DNA of 64,000 bases. Source: Alphaproteobacteria bacterium (GTDB lineage: Bacteria > Pseudomonadota > Alphaproteobacteria > CALKHQ01). Made by a program: the position numbers and the translations under genes. Below are positions 9,358 to 21,383 of this stretch, one piece after another. Under the pieces are notes generated by a model. That model did no database searches. It was not told the origin of the DNA and worked only from the letters and a program-made list of their open reading frames with translations. Numbering within the stretch: position 1 is the stretch's first letter; every line of letters begins with the position of its first letter. The DNA is taken from the NCBI GenBank assembly GCA_965227515.1, contig CBDDFZ010000002.1:448001-512000 (forward strand), read 5' to 3'.

Positions 9358-9849
9358 ATGGCCTGGGACAGAATGGCGGAGTCGGCCAACTACGTCGGCG
9401 GACAGAACGGCCGCTGCCACCACATGGCGGCAATGTGGGCCAGCCGGGTCCGCCGCGGATGGGGCGTCCAACAGTCGGTTCCGGCGTTCGCGAACGCCTT
9501 TCCCCTGGCCGCCGAAGGCGTGGCCGGCATGGATGCCGCGACCGTCTATATCGAATACTGCCACAGCAACCACGCGCCCGCCGACGCGGCGGACCTGAAC
9601 CACTTCATCAACAACGCCGTTGGCACCCATGTGGCGACATTGGGGTTTGGACATGTGGTCCATACAATCGCATTCACCCGGCGCGGTGGCATCAGCTATG
9701 TCTACGATCCCGATACCGGGGTATGGGGCGGCGACGGCACCCTTGCCGAACTGGCGGACCTGTCGGCCGAGTTCAGCCAGACACTGTCGGCGCTGATTGG
9801 TGCGGGCGTGGTGGCCGGGGGGCATTACCGCGTCCATCAACTAACATAG
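9358..9849 (+). CDS. Stand-alone YopT/AvrPphB-like (peptidase C58-type) cysteine protease domain protein
   Basis: GRCHHMAAMW (Cys), HTIAF (His), YVYDPDTG (Asp) in the order and spacing of C58 proteases. G-rich SD before ATG 9358. Confidence 0.6.
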   Translation: MAWDRMAESANYVGGQNGRCHHMAAMWASRVRRGWGVQQSVPAFANAFPLAAEGVAGMDAATVYIEYCHSNHAPADAADLNHFINNAVGTHVATLGFGHVVHTIAFTRRGGISYVYDPDTGVWGGDGTLAELADLSAEFSQTLSALIGAGVVAGGHYRVHQLT

Positions 9850-9861
9850 CGGCTGGCTGGC

Positions 9862-10398
9862 ATGACGCTGCCGGCCTTCCAGACCGCGCGGCTGCTGGTC
9901 CGGCCGCGCACGATGGACGACTTCGACGCCTGCATCGCCATGGACCGCGACCCGGCGGTGACCCGTTTCATCCCCGGCCCATGGCAGGACCCGGCGCGGC
10001 ATGAGGCGTTCGTGCGCCAGCGCATGGCGGCGACCTACCCGCCCGGCCTCGGCTACTGGTCGCTGTTCGCCAAGGACGCGCCTGACGCGTTCCTCGGCTG
10101 GGTGATCCTGATCCCGTATGACGGCGAGGGGCCCGAGATCGAGATCGGCTGGCGGCTGGCGCGCCGCGCCTGGGGCAAGGGCTATGCCGCCGAAGCTGCC
10201 CGCGCGGTCGCGGACCACGGGTTTCGTACGGTCGGCCTGGAGCGCATCGTTGCCGACATCGACCCGGAGAACGCGGCGTCGATCCGGGTGGCGGAGAAGA
10301 TCGGCATGACGTTCGCCGGTGAGGGCACTTACGACGGCGCAGCGTGCCGCAGCTACGTGCTGACGCGGGCCGACTGGGCGGTGAGTACGGCCGGTTAG
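9862..10398 (+). CDS. GNAT N-acetyltransferase, RimJ/RimL type
   Basis: TARLLVRP, EIEIGWRL..AWGKGYAAEAA, IDPENAASIRVAEKIGM. Confidence 0.9.
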   Translation: MTLPAFQTARLLVRPRTMDDFDACIAMDRDPAVTRFIPGPWQDPARHEAFVRQRMAATYPPGLGYWSLFAKDAPDAFLGWVILIPYDGEGPEIEIGWRLARRAWGKGYAAEAARAVADHGFRTVGLERIVADIDPENAASIRVAEKIGMTFAGEGTYDGAACRSYVLTRADWAVSTAG

Positions 10399-11765
10399 TG
10401 CAGGGCGTCGATCGACGTCCTGACCGCGCGGCCGATCAACTCGGCGGCGCGTTCAAGCTGGCCCTCGGTGGAGACCAGGGGCGGCGCCATCTCGATGGAC
10501 GTGCCGGTGGAACACACGGCGACTCCCAGATCGGCGGCCTGCTTGACCACGTCGGCGGGCAGGCTGACGGGCGGCGGCGCCTTGGTTGCCGGGTCGCCGG
10601 TGAAGTCGACCGCCAGCCACATGCCGATGCCGCGCACGTCGCCCACCATCTCCACGTCGTCGAGGGCCGCGTGCAGGGCTTTCAGGAAGAACGCGCCCTT
10701 GGCCGCCCCAGCCTCGACAAGGCCCTCCCGCGCGACGATGGCGATGGCGGCGTTGGCGGCTGCCGCGGCCGCGGCGTGGCCGGAAAACGTGTGCACGTGG
10801 CGGAACATCGGCAATTCGTCGGCGATCTCCGGCCGGGTCATCACGCCGCCCATCGGCATGTAGCCGGCGGTCAGCGCCTTGGCGATCGTCATGATGTCGG
10901 GCTCGATGGGGCCGGTCGGTTTGTCCTGGAAATGCTCCATGGCGAACCACTTGCCCGTGCGCCCGAAGCCGGTGATCACCTCGTCGCAGATGAACATGAC
11001 ATCGTGGCGGGTGCAGATGTCGCGGCAGCGTGCCAGGTAGCGCGCCGGCGGCACCTGCACGCCATTCGCCTGCATCACCGGCTCGGCCAGGAAGGCGGAG
11101 ACGAGTTCCGGCCCCTCGTGCTCGATCTGGCGTTCCAGATAGTCGGCGCAGAAATCGGCATAGGCGTCCACGTCCATGCCGAACGGGTTGCGGTAGCGCA
11201 TCGGCCCCGGGATCAGCGAGTAGCCGGGCACGCCGGGCTCCGACGCGTGGCGGGTGCCGAGCCAGTCGGTGGCCGCGATCGCGCCCATGGTGGCGCCGTG
11301 ATAGGCGTTCCAGCGCGAGATCACCTTGTAGGCGCGTGGCTTGTCGCCTTTGGCCTGGTGGTACTGGCGGGCGAGCTTGAGGGCGGACTCCACTGCCTCC
11401 GACCCGCCGCTGACGAACATGGCGCGCGACAGCCGACCCGGCGCCAGCGAGGCCAGGGTGGCCGCCAGCCGGATCGTGGCCGGCGCGAAATTGGCACCGG
11501 TGCCGATGTAGTGGAGTTCGGCGAGCTGGTCGTGTACCGCCTGCGCGATCTCGCCATTGCCGTAGCCCAGCGTGTTGGCGCGGGTATGGCTGGACATCAT
11601 GTCGAGGACGCGCCGGCCGCCTTCCTCGATCAGTTCCGCCCCATCGCCGCCGACATAGATGGTGGGCCCATCACGCCGCACCGCCGCGTTGTCGGACAGC
11701 GGGAACATGCAGTGGTCCATCGCGAGCCGCATCAGCTCGCTTTCGTTACGGCCTTCGAATGACAT
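10395..11765 (-). CDS. Class III PLP aminotransferase (omega-amine type)
   Basis: SGGSEAVESALK, YHGAT, FLAEPV, DEVITGFGRTG, DIMTIAKALTAGY (PLP lysine), HTFSGH. Confidence 0.92.
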   Translation of the reverse strand: MSFEGRNESELMRLAMDHCMFPLSDNAAVRRDGPTIYVGGDGAELIEEGGRRVLDMMSSHTRANTLGYGNGEIAQAVHDQLAELHYIGTGANFAPATIRLAATLASLAPGRLSRAMFVSGGSEAVESALKLARQYHQAKGDKPRAYKVISRWNAYHGATMGAIAATDWLGTRHASEPGVPGYSLIPGPMRYRNPFGMDVDAYADFCADYLERQIEHEGPELVSAFLAEPVMQANGVQVPPARYLARCRDICTRHDVMFICDEVITGFGRTGKWFAMEHFQDKPTGPIEPDIMTIAKALTAGYMPMGGVMTRPEIADELPMFRHVHTFSGHAAAAAAANAAIAIVAREGLVEAGAAKGAFFLKALHAALDDVEMVGDVRGIGMWLAVDFTGDPATKAPPPVSLPADVVKQAADLGVAVCSTGTSIEMAPPLVSTEGQLERAAELIGRAVRTSIDALH

Positions 11766-11919
11766 GACGGTCCCCCGGGATGGTGCTCGGGGGATGATGC
11801 GCCGATCGGGCAGGGGCGTCCAGTTCGGCGGTCAACGAATCCCGGTGCCTTGGCTTAGGCCGCCTGGCTCAATCCGCCATGCGGTCAAGCCATGCTCATT
11901 CGGGGCGCCACCGGTGGGG

Positions 11920-12054
11920 TCAGGAGACGAACCCCATCAGCAGCAGCGTCGCCAGGATGACCATGACGGACAGGGCGGCCGCCCAGGTCTCGTCGGCGGG
12001 CCGGTAGCCTTCGGTCGCGGCCATGGACTGCGAGGTCGTTGCGGGTGTGGTCAT
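11920..12054 (-). CDS. 44-aa single-TM small protein (below the ORF-track cutoff)
   Basis: MTTPATTSQSMAATEGYRPADETWAAALSVMVILATLLLMGFVS*, preceded by GGAGG SD, GC3-rich codons, hydrophobic C-terminal half. Confidence 0.6.
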   Translation of the reverse strand: MTTPATTSQSMAATEGYRPADETWAAALSVMVILATLLLMGFVS

Positions 12055-12326
12055 AGGGGCATCCTCCGTGGTACGGGCGGCACCTGTTTCGGAGGGGCCG
12101 CGTCGTTGCGTCCGCCCAAATATCGGTGCCGGTGCCCGGCTGCACTATGGGGTCTATCCCCCAATTGGGGCGGTTGTGCGGTGGAGAGATGGTGATTTGA
12201 GATTGCGTAGACTTCGCCGCAAGCCGACCTCAATCAAGTTGCGTGGTCTCTTGGGCATCGCACGCCGCGTGCTGTAGCATCGCGCGCCGGCTCGGCAGTT
12301 CAGAACAAGACGAAGGGGGAGTTTCG

Positions 12327-13301
12327 ATGAAAGCGATCCGCGCACACACATTCGGCGGGCCCGAGGTCTTGCAGCTCGACGACGTCGACGATCCGCAGCC
12401 GGGTCCCGGCGAGGTGCTGGTCGACGTGCGCGCCGCCGGGGTCAACCCGGCCGACACCTACATGCGCAGTGGCACCTACGCCATCAAGCCGGACCTGCCG
12501 TACATTCCCGGCGGCGACGCGGCCGGCACGGTGGCGGCGGTGGGCTCGGCGGTCGACGGTTGCGCGCCCGGCGACCGGGTGTTCGTCGGCACTGCCCTCA
12601 GCCTGAAGCTGACCGATTGCTACGCGGCGAAGGTGGTGCGCCCGGCGGCCGAGGTGATGGCGCTGCCGGACAACGTCAGCTTTGCGCAGGCGACGGCGTT
12701 CGGCGTCTCCTATCCGACCGCCCATTTCGCCCTGTTCGCGCGCGGACGCGCAAAGGCTGGCGAGACCGTGTTCATCCATGGCGCCAGCGGCTCGGTCGGC
12801 ACCTCGGCGATCCAGCTCGCCAAGCGGGCCGGGCTGACGGTGATCGGCAGCGCCGGTTCGGCGGCCGGGCTCGACCTGGTGCGCGCCCAGGGTGCCGACC
12901 ACGCGGTCAACCACACCGCCGACGGCTACATGGACGACGTGAAGCGGGCGAGTGGCGGCAACGGCCCCGACCTGATCCTGGAGATGCTGGCCAACGTTAA
13001 CCTGGCCGCCGACATGGAGGTGGCCGCCAAGTTCGGGCGCATCGTGGTGATCGGCAACCGGGGCGAGATCACCATCAACCCGCGCCTCGCGATGATGAAG
13101 GAGCTGGACATCCGCGGCACCGCGCTGTGGAACGCGACGCCGGATGAGATCGGGCCGATGATGGCCGACATCGTCGCCGGTGCCGCCGACGGGTCGCTGA
13201 CGCCGGTGGTGGGCCGCGAGATGCCGCTGGGCGAGGCCGCGCAGGCGCACATCGACGTTCTCGGCTCCGGCATCGGCGGCAAGATCGTGCTGGTGCCGTA
13301 G
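12327..13301 (+). CDS. NADPH:quinone reductase (zeta-crystallin/MDR family)
   Basis: MKAIRAHTFGGPEVLQL, AGVNPADTY, IHGASGSVG. Confidence 0.9.
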   Translation: MKAIRAHTFGGPEVLQLDDVDDPQPGPGEVLVDVRAAGVNPADTYMRSGTYAIKPDLPYIPGGDAAGTVAAVGSAVDGCAPGDRVFVGTALSLKLTDCYAAKVVRPAAEVMALPDNVSFAQATAFGVSYPTAHFALFARGRAKAGETVFIHGASGSVGTSAIQLAKRAGLTVIGSAGSAAGLDLVRAQGADHAVNHTADGYMDDVKRASGGNGPDLILEMLANVNLAADMEVAAKFGRIVVIGNRGEITINPRLAMMKELDIRGTALWNATPDEIGPMMADIVAGAADGSLTPVVGREMPLGEAAQAHIDVLGSGIGGKIVLVP

Positions 13302-13342
13302 CCCGCACCGACGCATATACTGCGGCGGGGAGGCGGACCGAT

Positions 13343-14740
13343 ATGGAACGGCGGCTGGCAGCCATTCTGGCGGCTGACATGGCCGGCTACAGCCGGCTGA
13401 TGGAGCATGACGAGGCCGGCGTGATCGACCGGCAGAAGGCCCACCGCCGCGAGTTGATCGACCCCGAGATCGCCAACTTCCGCGGCCGTATCGTCAAGAC
13501 CACCGGCGACGGCATGCTGGCCGAGTTCGCCAGCGCGCAGGACGCCGTGCGCTGCGCCATCGAAATCCAGAATGCGATGCCGGCGCGCGAGGACGGCATC
13601 GCCGAAGACCAGCGCATCCGTTTTCGCGTCGGCATCAATGTCGGCGACGTGGTGTTCGACGATGGCGACATTTTTGGCGACTGCGTCAACGTCGCCGCGC
13701 GGCTGGAGGGGCTGGCCGAGCCCGGCGGCGTGTGCGTGTCGAGCGCGGTCCACGCCATGGTGCAGGAGCGGGTGGACGAGCCGTTTCGCAATCTGGGCGC
13801 CCAGCGGGTGAAGAACATCGCCCGCCCGATCCAGGTGTGGCAGTGGACGCCCGAGGCGCGCGCGCACGAGACGGAGGTCGCGCCGGCCGGACGCAACCAG
13901 TCGATCCAGTTCTGCACCGCGCCGGACGGCGTGCAGATCGCCTATGCCAGTGTCGGGTCCGGCCCGCCGATGCTGAAGGCGCCGAACTGGATGAGCCACC
14001 TGGAGTACGAATGGCGCAGCCCGGTGTTCGCGCCGCTGCTGACCGGGGTGGCCGAGAACCGGCGGCTGGTGCGGTTCGACCAGCGCGGCAATGGGCTCTC
14101 CGACTGGAACCCGGAGGAGATCTCCGAGGACGCGATGGCGTCGGACATGGAGACGGTGGCCAACGCGGCGGGGCTGGACCGGTTCGACCTGTTCGCGATC
14201 TCCCAGGGCTGTGCGTTCTCCATCCGCTATGCCGTCGAGCATCCGGAAAAGGTGCGCTCGCTGGTTCTGGTCGGCGGCTATGTGCTGGGCCGGCTGCGTG
14301 GCAATTCGCCCGAGGCCAAGAAGCTGCACGAGGTCTCGAAGGCCATGATCCTGCAGGGCTGGGGCTCGCCAACCCCGGCCTTCCGGCACTTCTTCACCTC
14401 CATGTTCATGCCCGACGCATCGCCGGAACAGGCGAAGAGCTTCGACGAGATGCAGCGGATGTCGGCGAGCCCGGAGACGGCGGCCCGCATCGCCGACATG
14501 AACGCCCTGATCGACGTGCGCGACCTGGCCCGGCAGGTTGCCGTGCCGACCCTGGTGCTGCATTGCAGTGGCGACCAGCGCATCGCGGTGGAGGATGGGC
14601 GCGCGATCGCCGCCCTCATTCCCGGCGCCCGCTTCGTCACCATCGACGGCAACGACCACATCCCGCTGGCCGGCACGCCCGCGCTCGACGACATGCTGCG
14701 CGAGGTGAATGCGTTCCTGGCCGACGTGGACGCGGCCTGA
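13343..14740 (+). CDS. Adenylate/guanylate cyclase fused to an alpha/beta-hydrolase domain
   Basis: RRLAAILAADMAGYS, KTTGDG, FGDCVNVAARLE. C-terminal FDQRGNGLS, AISQG, GNDH. Confidence 0.9.
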   Translation: MERRLAAILAADMAGYSRLMEHDEAGVIDRQKAHRRELIDPEIANFRGRIVKTTGDGMLAEFASAQDAVRCAIEIQNAMPAREDGIAEDQRIRFRVGINVGDVVFDDGDIFGDCVNVAARLEGLAEPGGVCVSSAVHAMVQERVDEPFRNLGAQRVKNIARPIQVWQWTPEARAHETEVAPAGRNQSIQFCTAPDGVQIAYASVGSGPPMLKAPNWMSHLEYEWRSPVFAPLLTGVAENRRLVRFDQRGNGLSDWNPEEISEDAMASDMETVANAAGLDRFDLFAISQGCAFSIRYAVEHPEKVRSLVLVGGYVLGRLRGNSPEAKKLHEVSKAMILQGWGSPTPAFRHFFTSMFMPDASPEQAKSFDEMQRMSASPETAARIADMNALIDVRDLARQVAVPTLVLHCSGDQRIAVEDGRAIAALIPGARFVTIDGNDHIPLAGTPALDDMLREVNAFLADVDAA

Positions 14741-14757
14741 CGCCGCCACCGCCCGCC

Positions 14758-15951
14758 GTGGAGCCGGCCGGCATCCACCTGCCCGCGTTCGTCGCCGCGC
14801 GCATTTTCACCACCGCGGTCTTCATGACCTATCCGGCCTGCCTGGCGGTGCTGGAGGAGGCGTGGGGCACGACCTCGACCGAGGCCGGGGTGGTGCAGGG
14901 CGTGTTCACCGGCGCCTTCGCGTTCTCCATGCTGGCGACCTCGATCCTGGCCGACCGGATCGGCGCGGTGCGCATCTACAACGTGGCGACCGTCGCCTGC
15001 GCGCTGACGGCGGTGGCGTTCGCCGTGTTCGCCCGCTCCTATGGCACCGCACTGGTCACCGTGGCGCTGGTGGCGATCGCACAGGGCGCCACCTACACGC
15101 CCTCGCTCTTGATCCCGGCCGCCAACGCCCGCGCCGCCCGCAAGGCGACGGCGGTGGGCTGGGTGCTGGCCGGCATGTCGGGCGGCTACGTCGTCTCCAT
15201 CCTGGTGGCGACGGCGATGCTGAACTGGTTCGACTATCGCTGGGCATTCGCGGCGACGGCGGCGCTGACCTTGCCTGCGATCCCGCTCGGCCTGGTCGCC
15301 ACCCGGCGCGCGGTCGACGCGGCACGCACGCCGGCCACCGACAGGGCGCCGTTCGGCCCGGCGGCGCGGCGCAACGCCCGGCTGCTGACGGTCGGCTATA
15401 TCGGCCATTGCTGGGAGCTGTTCGGTGCCTGGGCCTGGGTGCCGGCGTTCCTGATGACGGCGAGCCTGGCGGCCGGCACGCCATCTGAAGGCAGCATCTC
15501 GTACCTGGAGATCGGGCTGTGGACCGCGCTGGCGCTGCACTTCTCCGGCTTCATCGCGTGCTTCACCGCCGGTTACGCCGCCGACCGGCTGGGCGCGAAA
15601 GCGGTGCTGGTGGCGTTCGCCGCCATCGCGGGCGTGTGCTCGTTCGCATTGGGCTGGCTGGTCGACGCGGGCCTCGTCGCCCTGTTCGCGCTGGTCGCGG
15701 TCTACGGCTTCGCCACCATCGGGGACAGCGCCGTGCTGTCGTCGGCGATGACCGACACCGTGCCCGCCGGACACCTCGGCAAGGTGCTGGGGCTGAGGTC
15801 GGTGCTCGGCATCGGCGCCGGCGCGCTCGCCCCGGTCGGCTTCGGCGCGGTGCTCGACGCCGCCCCCGCCGCCACCGAGTGGGGCTGGGGCTTCGCCCTG
15901 CTCGGCCTGGGCGCACTGGTCGCCGTGGTCTGCGCGGCCAGATTGCGGTGA
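14758..15951 (+). CDS. MFS transporter
   Basis: About 12 hydrophobic segments, LADRIG and AADRLG motifs, GHCWELFGAW. GTG start inferred. Confidence 0.85.
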   Translation: MEPAGIHLPAFVAARIFTTAVFMTYPACLAVLEEAWGTTSTEAGVVQGVFTGAFAFSMLATSILADRIGAVRIYNVATVACALTAVAFAVFARSYGTALVTVALVAIAQGATYTPSLLIPAANARAARKATAVGWVLAGMSGGYVVSILVATAMLNWFDYRWAFAATAALTLPAIPLGLVATRRAVDAARTPATDRAPFGPAARRNARLLTVGYIGHCWELFGAWAWVPAFLMTASLAAGTPSEGSISYLEIGLWTALALHFSGFIACFTAGYAADRLGAKAVLVAFAAIAGVCSFALGWLVDAGLVALFALVAVYGFATIGDSAVLSSAMTDTVPAGHLGKVLGLRSVLGIGAGALAPVGFGAVLDAAPAATEWGWGFALLGLGALVAVVCAARLR

Positions 15952-16081
15952 GGGGTTGGTGTGCGGCGGGCCTCGGTCGGGGCTGTCGCCGGGGCGGAGC
16001 GCAGCGCAACCCGGGTTCCGTGGCGTTCCATCCGGGCCGGGCTTGCTGACCCGACCCTCCCCAAGTTGCCGGAGAGGCCTT

Positions 16082-16125
16082 ATGATGGCGACGCTGTCGC
16101 GTGATGATGGCGACGCTGTCGCGTG
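16082..16125. repeat. Perfect 22-bp tandem duplication ATGATGGCGACGCTGTCGCGTG x2
   Basis: Read directly. Each unit contains the inverted repeat GCGAC-gct-GTCGC. Confidence 0.9.
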
Positions 16126-16185
16126 CCGCCGGGCGCGGGCAACGAACCCCGAGATCAGGGGAGAAACAGGGATGGAAGGGTGCCT

Positions 16186-16476
16186 ATGATTCGTCACACA
16201 GTCGTATTCACGCTGAAGCACGCGCCGGGCTCGGAGGCGGAACGGGTCTTCATGGACAAAGCCATGGAGCTCACCGAGATCCCCACCGTGCAGAAGTTCG
16301 AGCAACTGCGCCAGGTCAGCCCGAAGTGCGAATACACCTACGGATTCTCCATGGAATTCGACGACCAGGCAGCCTTCGACCTCTACATGAACCACCCGAT
16401 CCACGTGCGCTTCGTGGAGGACGTGTGGCTGAAGGAAGTGCCGGAATTCCAGGAAATCGACTACGAGTTGATGTGA
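16186..16476 (+). CDS. Dabb (stress-responsive A/B barrel) family protein
   Basis: MIRHTVVFTLK...GFSMEF...YMNHPIHVRFV...EIDY. Confidence 0.88.
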   Translation: MIRHTVVFTLKHAPGSEAERVFMDKAMELTEIPTVQKFEQLRQVSPKCEYTYGFSMEFDDQAAFDLYMNHPIHVRFVEDVWLKEVPEFQEIDYELM

Positions 16477-16908
16477 GGGTTTGCGCCGGACTCCGCGCCG
16501 TTGAGTCGTGGGCCGGAGAGACCACACACTACCCTGCAAGGCGTGAGCGGCGCTGATTGGTACTTGGCTGACAACCGAAGGCAAAGTGCTCAACTGCCCG
16601 CAATATGCATTCTACATGGTCATTGCCACCGTCGTCACAGAGGCCAACCTCTGTTCCGTCGTCACCGCCTAAGAGCGCGACCTCACGGGGATTTAATGCA
16701 CCACTGCCATGGGTTGAACTGCGACAGAATGGATGCTGTTACAGTAGCCCTCGCAATACGGTATTAGTCGGAGCCGGCGTGAGCACGCCCCGACCTGCAG
16801 CTTGGGTGAGGTAGAGGCGAGACTCAGGCTCAGACCAGTTTTGCCCAATTGCACAGAGTGGTATGCTACGACAGCAAGCAACCTAAGTGCTGTTGGTTTC
16901 GCAAAAAT

Positions 16909-17310
16909 GTGATTCGTGAATTGTCAATCTGGGCCTTTTTTTGCTATGATGATGGTCGCAACGACGACCTTTGGCAGCAGTGGTGGAATGCGGCCAGTGT
17001 TACCGACCGTGATCGAGGCGCTCATGACGAAACTTTCGATGTGCTTGAGAGTAGGCCTCTTTGGTCAAATCCACCCGTTAAGAACTTACGGGACGGCTTG
17101 CTTGAAATCAAATTCAAGGGGCGCGTGCAATGGCGGTTTTTGGGATTTTTCCATCCGAAAAGACCTCGGAATGCGTTTACCATTGTTATGACTTGTTACC
17201 ATAAGGAGAATCGATACTATCCAAATGACGCAATTAAAGTAGCGCGTAAAAGGGTTCTCGGTATCGAGAGGAATCCTTTGCTGGTGAGGGCAAGTGTTAG
17301 ACCAACTTAG
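16909..17310 (+). CDS. RelE/HigB (Gp49-like) type II toxin
   Basis: VKNLRDGLLEIKFKGRVQWRFLGFF...FTIVMTCYHKE...AIKVARKR resembles the RelE/HigB core; AT-rich. Start uncertain (16849-16921). Confidence 0.7.
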   Translation: MIRELSIWAFFCYDDGRNDDLWQQWWNAASVTDRDRGAHDETFDVLESRPLWSNPPVKNLRDGLLEIKFKGRVQWRFLGFFHPKRPRNAFTIVMTCYHKENRYYPNDAIKVARKRVLGIERNPLLVRASVRPT

Positions 17311-17950
17311 GTTTTCCAAATTGGATAATAGCCAAGAATACCGATCATCATACGTGGGGTCGCGTGTTCGGTTGGCAATTGCTGCTCAGATACGCGCTTT
17401 GCGGGAACAGTATTCATCTTCGCAAGCCGAATTTGCAAAATTAGTTGATATGAAACAAAGTGTAATTTCTCGCCTCGAGAATCCTGACTATGGTCAAATG
17501 TCGATTCAGACACTCTTGCGCTTGGCTAGCAAGCTTGACATTGCGTTGGTTGTCAAGTTTGCATCATATGAGAAATTCTTTTCTGAGTTGGATATAGATT
17601 TTTTTGAGCCTAGAAATTTGCAGGTAGACAATTTTGCCGCATCGAGAACCGCGCTGAGTGGAAGCAGAACGGTGTTTTCTTTCTCTCATCTCAGAAAGCG
17701 CGAAGCGCAAAGTCGTTGGTCACAAATTCTAGACAGTAACGGGGATCTCGGCCGGATTCGAAATCGGAACTCCAATTACGTATCGAGGCAAATTCGGGTT
17801 CAAAACAGAGGCGACATGATTGATACTATGAGTGTAGGGCGCGGTGCCTTTTTCATTCCTAGACAACAAAGTCAGATACAACATCTCCCTGCTTTATGGC
17901 AGGCGGATGAATTTGGAATTCAAAATAGATCTGTATTGAAGATATTGTAA
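17294..17950 (+). CDS. XRE-family HTH antitoxin-like regulator with ~100-aa C-terminal extension
   Basis: QIRALREQYSSSQAEFAKLVDMKQSVISRLENPDYGQMSIQTLLRLASKLD. GTG start overlaps the toxin 3' end. Confidence 0.8.
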   Translation: MLDQLRFSKLDNSQEYRSSYVGSRVRLAIAAQIRALREQYSSSQAEFAKLVDMKQSVISRLENPDYGQMSIQTLLRLASKLDIALVVKFASYEKFFSELDIDFFEPRNLQVDNFAASRTALSGSRTVFSFSHLRKREAQSRWSQILDSNGDLGRIRNRNSNYVSRQIRVQNRGDMIDTMSVGRGAFFIPRQQSQIQHLPALWQADEFGIQNRSVLKIL

Positions 17951-18624
17951 TGAAAGTCATTAGCTACGAGCTAGGCAGGATAATTGTCTTGTTTCCCTTT
18001 GAAGAAATTCGTCCCAATGGAGGTTTGTATGCTCCTCTAGCATTTGAGGCATTTAGAGATCGATATGGCTTTGTTGGGCTTCCGAAGCTCGGACGGACGC
18101 GGGAAGAAGTGGACCGAGAGGGAGTGCGATTCCAGCAGGGGCACATAAATCTTGACGGAAGAGAAATTAGTATTTCTGAGCTGGCCATTTTTGTCGATGG
18201 AGTGGTGATTGATTGCACACAAACAGCTAACTCATTAGTGGTTTGGGATGAGTTGATCTCTTGGGTTGTTGAGGAGTTAGGATTCAAGCCTCCATTCAGT
18301 GATCTCAAGATACACTATAAAAGCACTATAATTGTTCAGTTTGAAAAAAGAATGAATAAAATGATCAATAAGTTTTCATCCTTGTCTAAAATGTACGCAG
18401 ATTTCCTGCAGAAATATTCCCCTCACGAGCGGCAGGAAATTGACATGGTGAGTGTTTCTTTAGGCAGTGATGTTGGGCGTTCAACAGATATCATTAAGCC
18501 ATCTCCCCTCAATATTGAGAGGAGGGCGGGTATCGGATTTGATAAAGAAAGATACTTTTGCGAGGCTTCACTTCCGTCTGAACAGTTGGAAGAGTTGTTA
18601 GTCACAATCGAGAACATGCTTTAG
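17950..18624 (+). CDS. Hypothetical protein, third gene of the TA-like operon
   Basis: 224-aa soluble ORF whose ATG overlaps the upstream TAA (TAATG); AT-rich like its neighbours. Confidence 0.8.
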   Translation: MKVISYELGRIIVLFPFEEIRPNGGLYAPLAFEAFRDRYGFVGLPKLGRTREEVDREGVRFQQGHINLDGREISISELAIFVDGVVIDCTQTANSLVVWDELISWVVEELGFKPPFSDLKIHYKSTIIVQFEKRMNKMINKFSSLSKMYADFLQKYSPHERQEIDMVSVSLGSDVGRSTDIIKPSPLNIERRAGIGFDKERYFCEASLPSEQLEELLVTIENML

Positions 18625-18734
18625 TGGCCAACGGAAAGTGACAGTTTGCCAAGCAATCATAGTGGTGGCTACGCACTCCCTTAATACTATGTTATCATTT
18701 TGTCAGGACACAACAAGCGGCGGAGAGGCCACCC

Positions 18735-21332
<2,598 letters not shown>

Positions 21333-21383
21333 CAAAATACCTCTGTCAGCCGGTCGCCCCTCTGCTTTGCACGCGGGGCGACC

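Noticed and set aside
16477-16908. Short ORFs upstream of the toxin (16501-16767, 16605-16814, 16693-16881)
   Set aside because: No recognisable motifs, convincing SD or consistent codon pattern; probably the islet's promoter or border region. No flanking direct repeats were found by eye.
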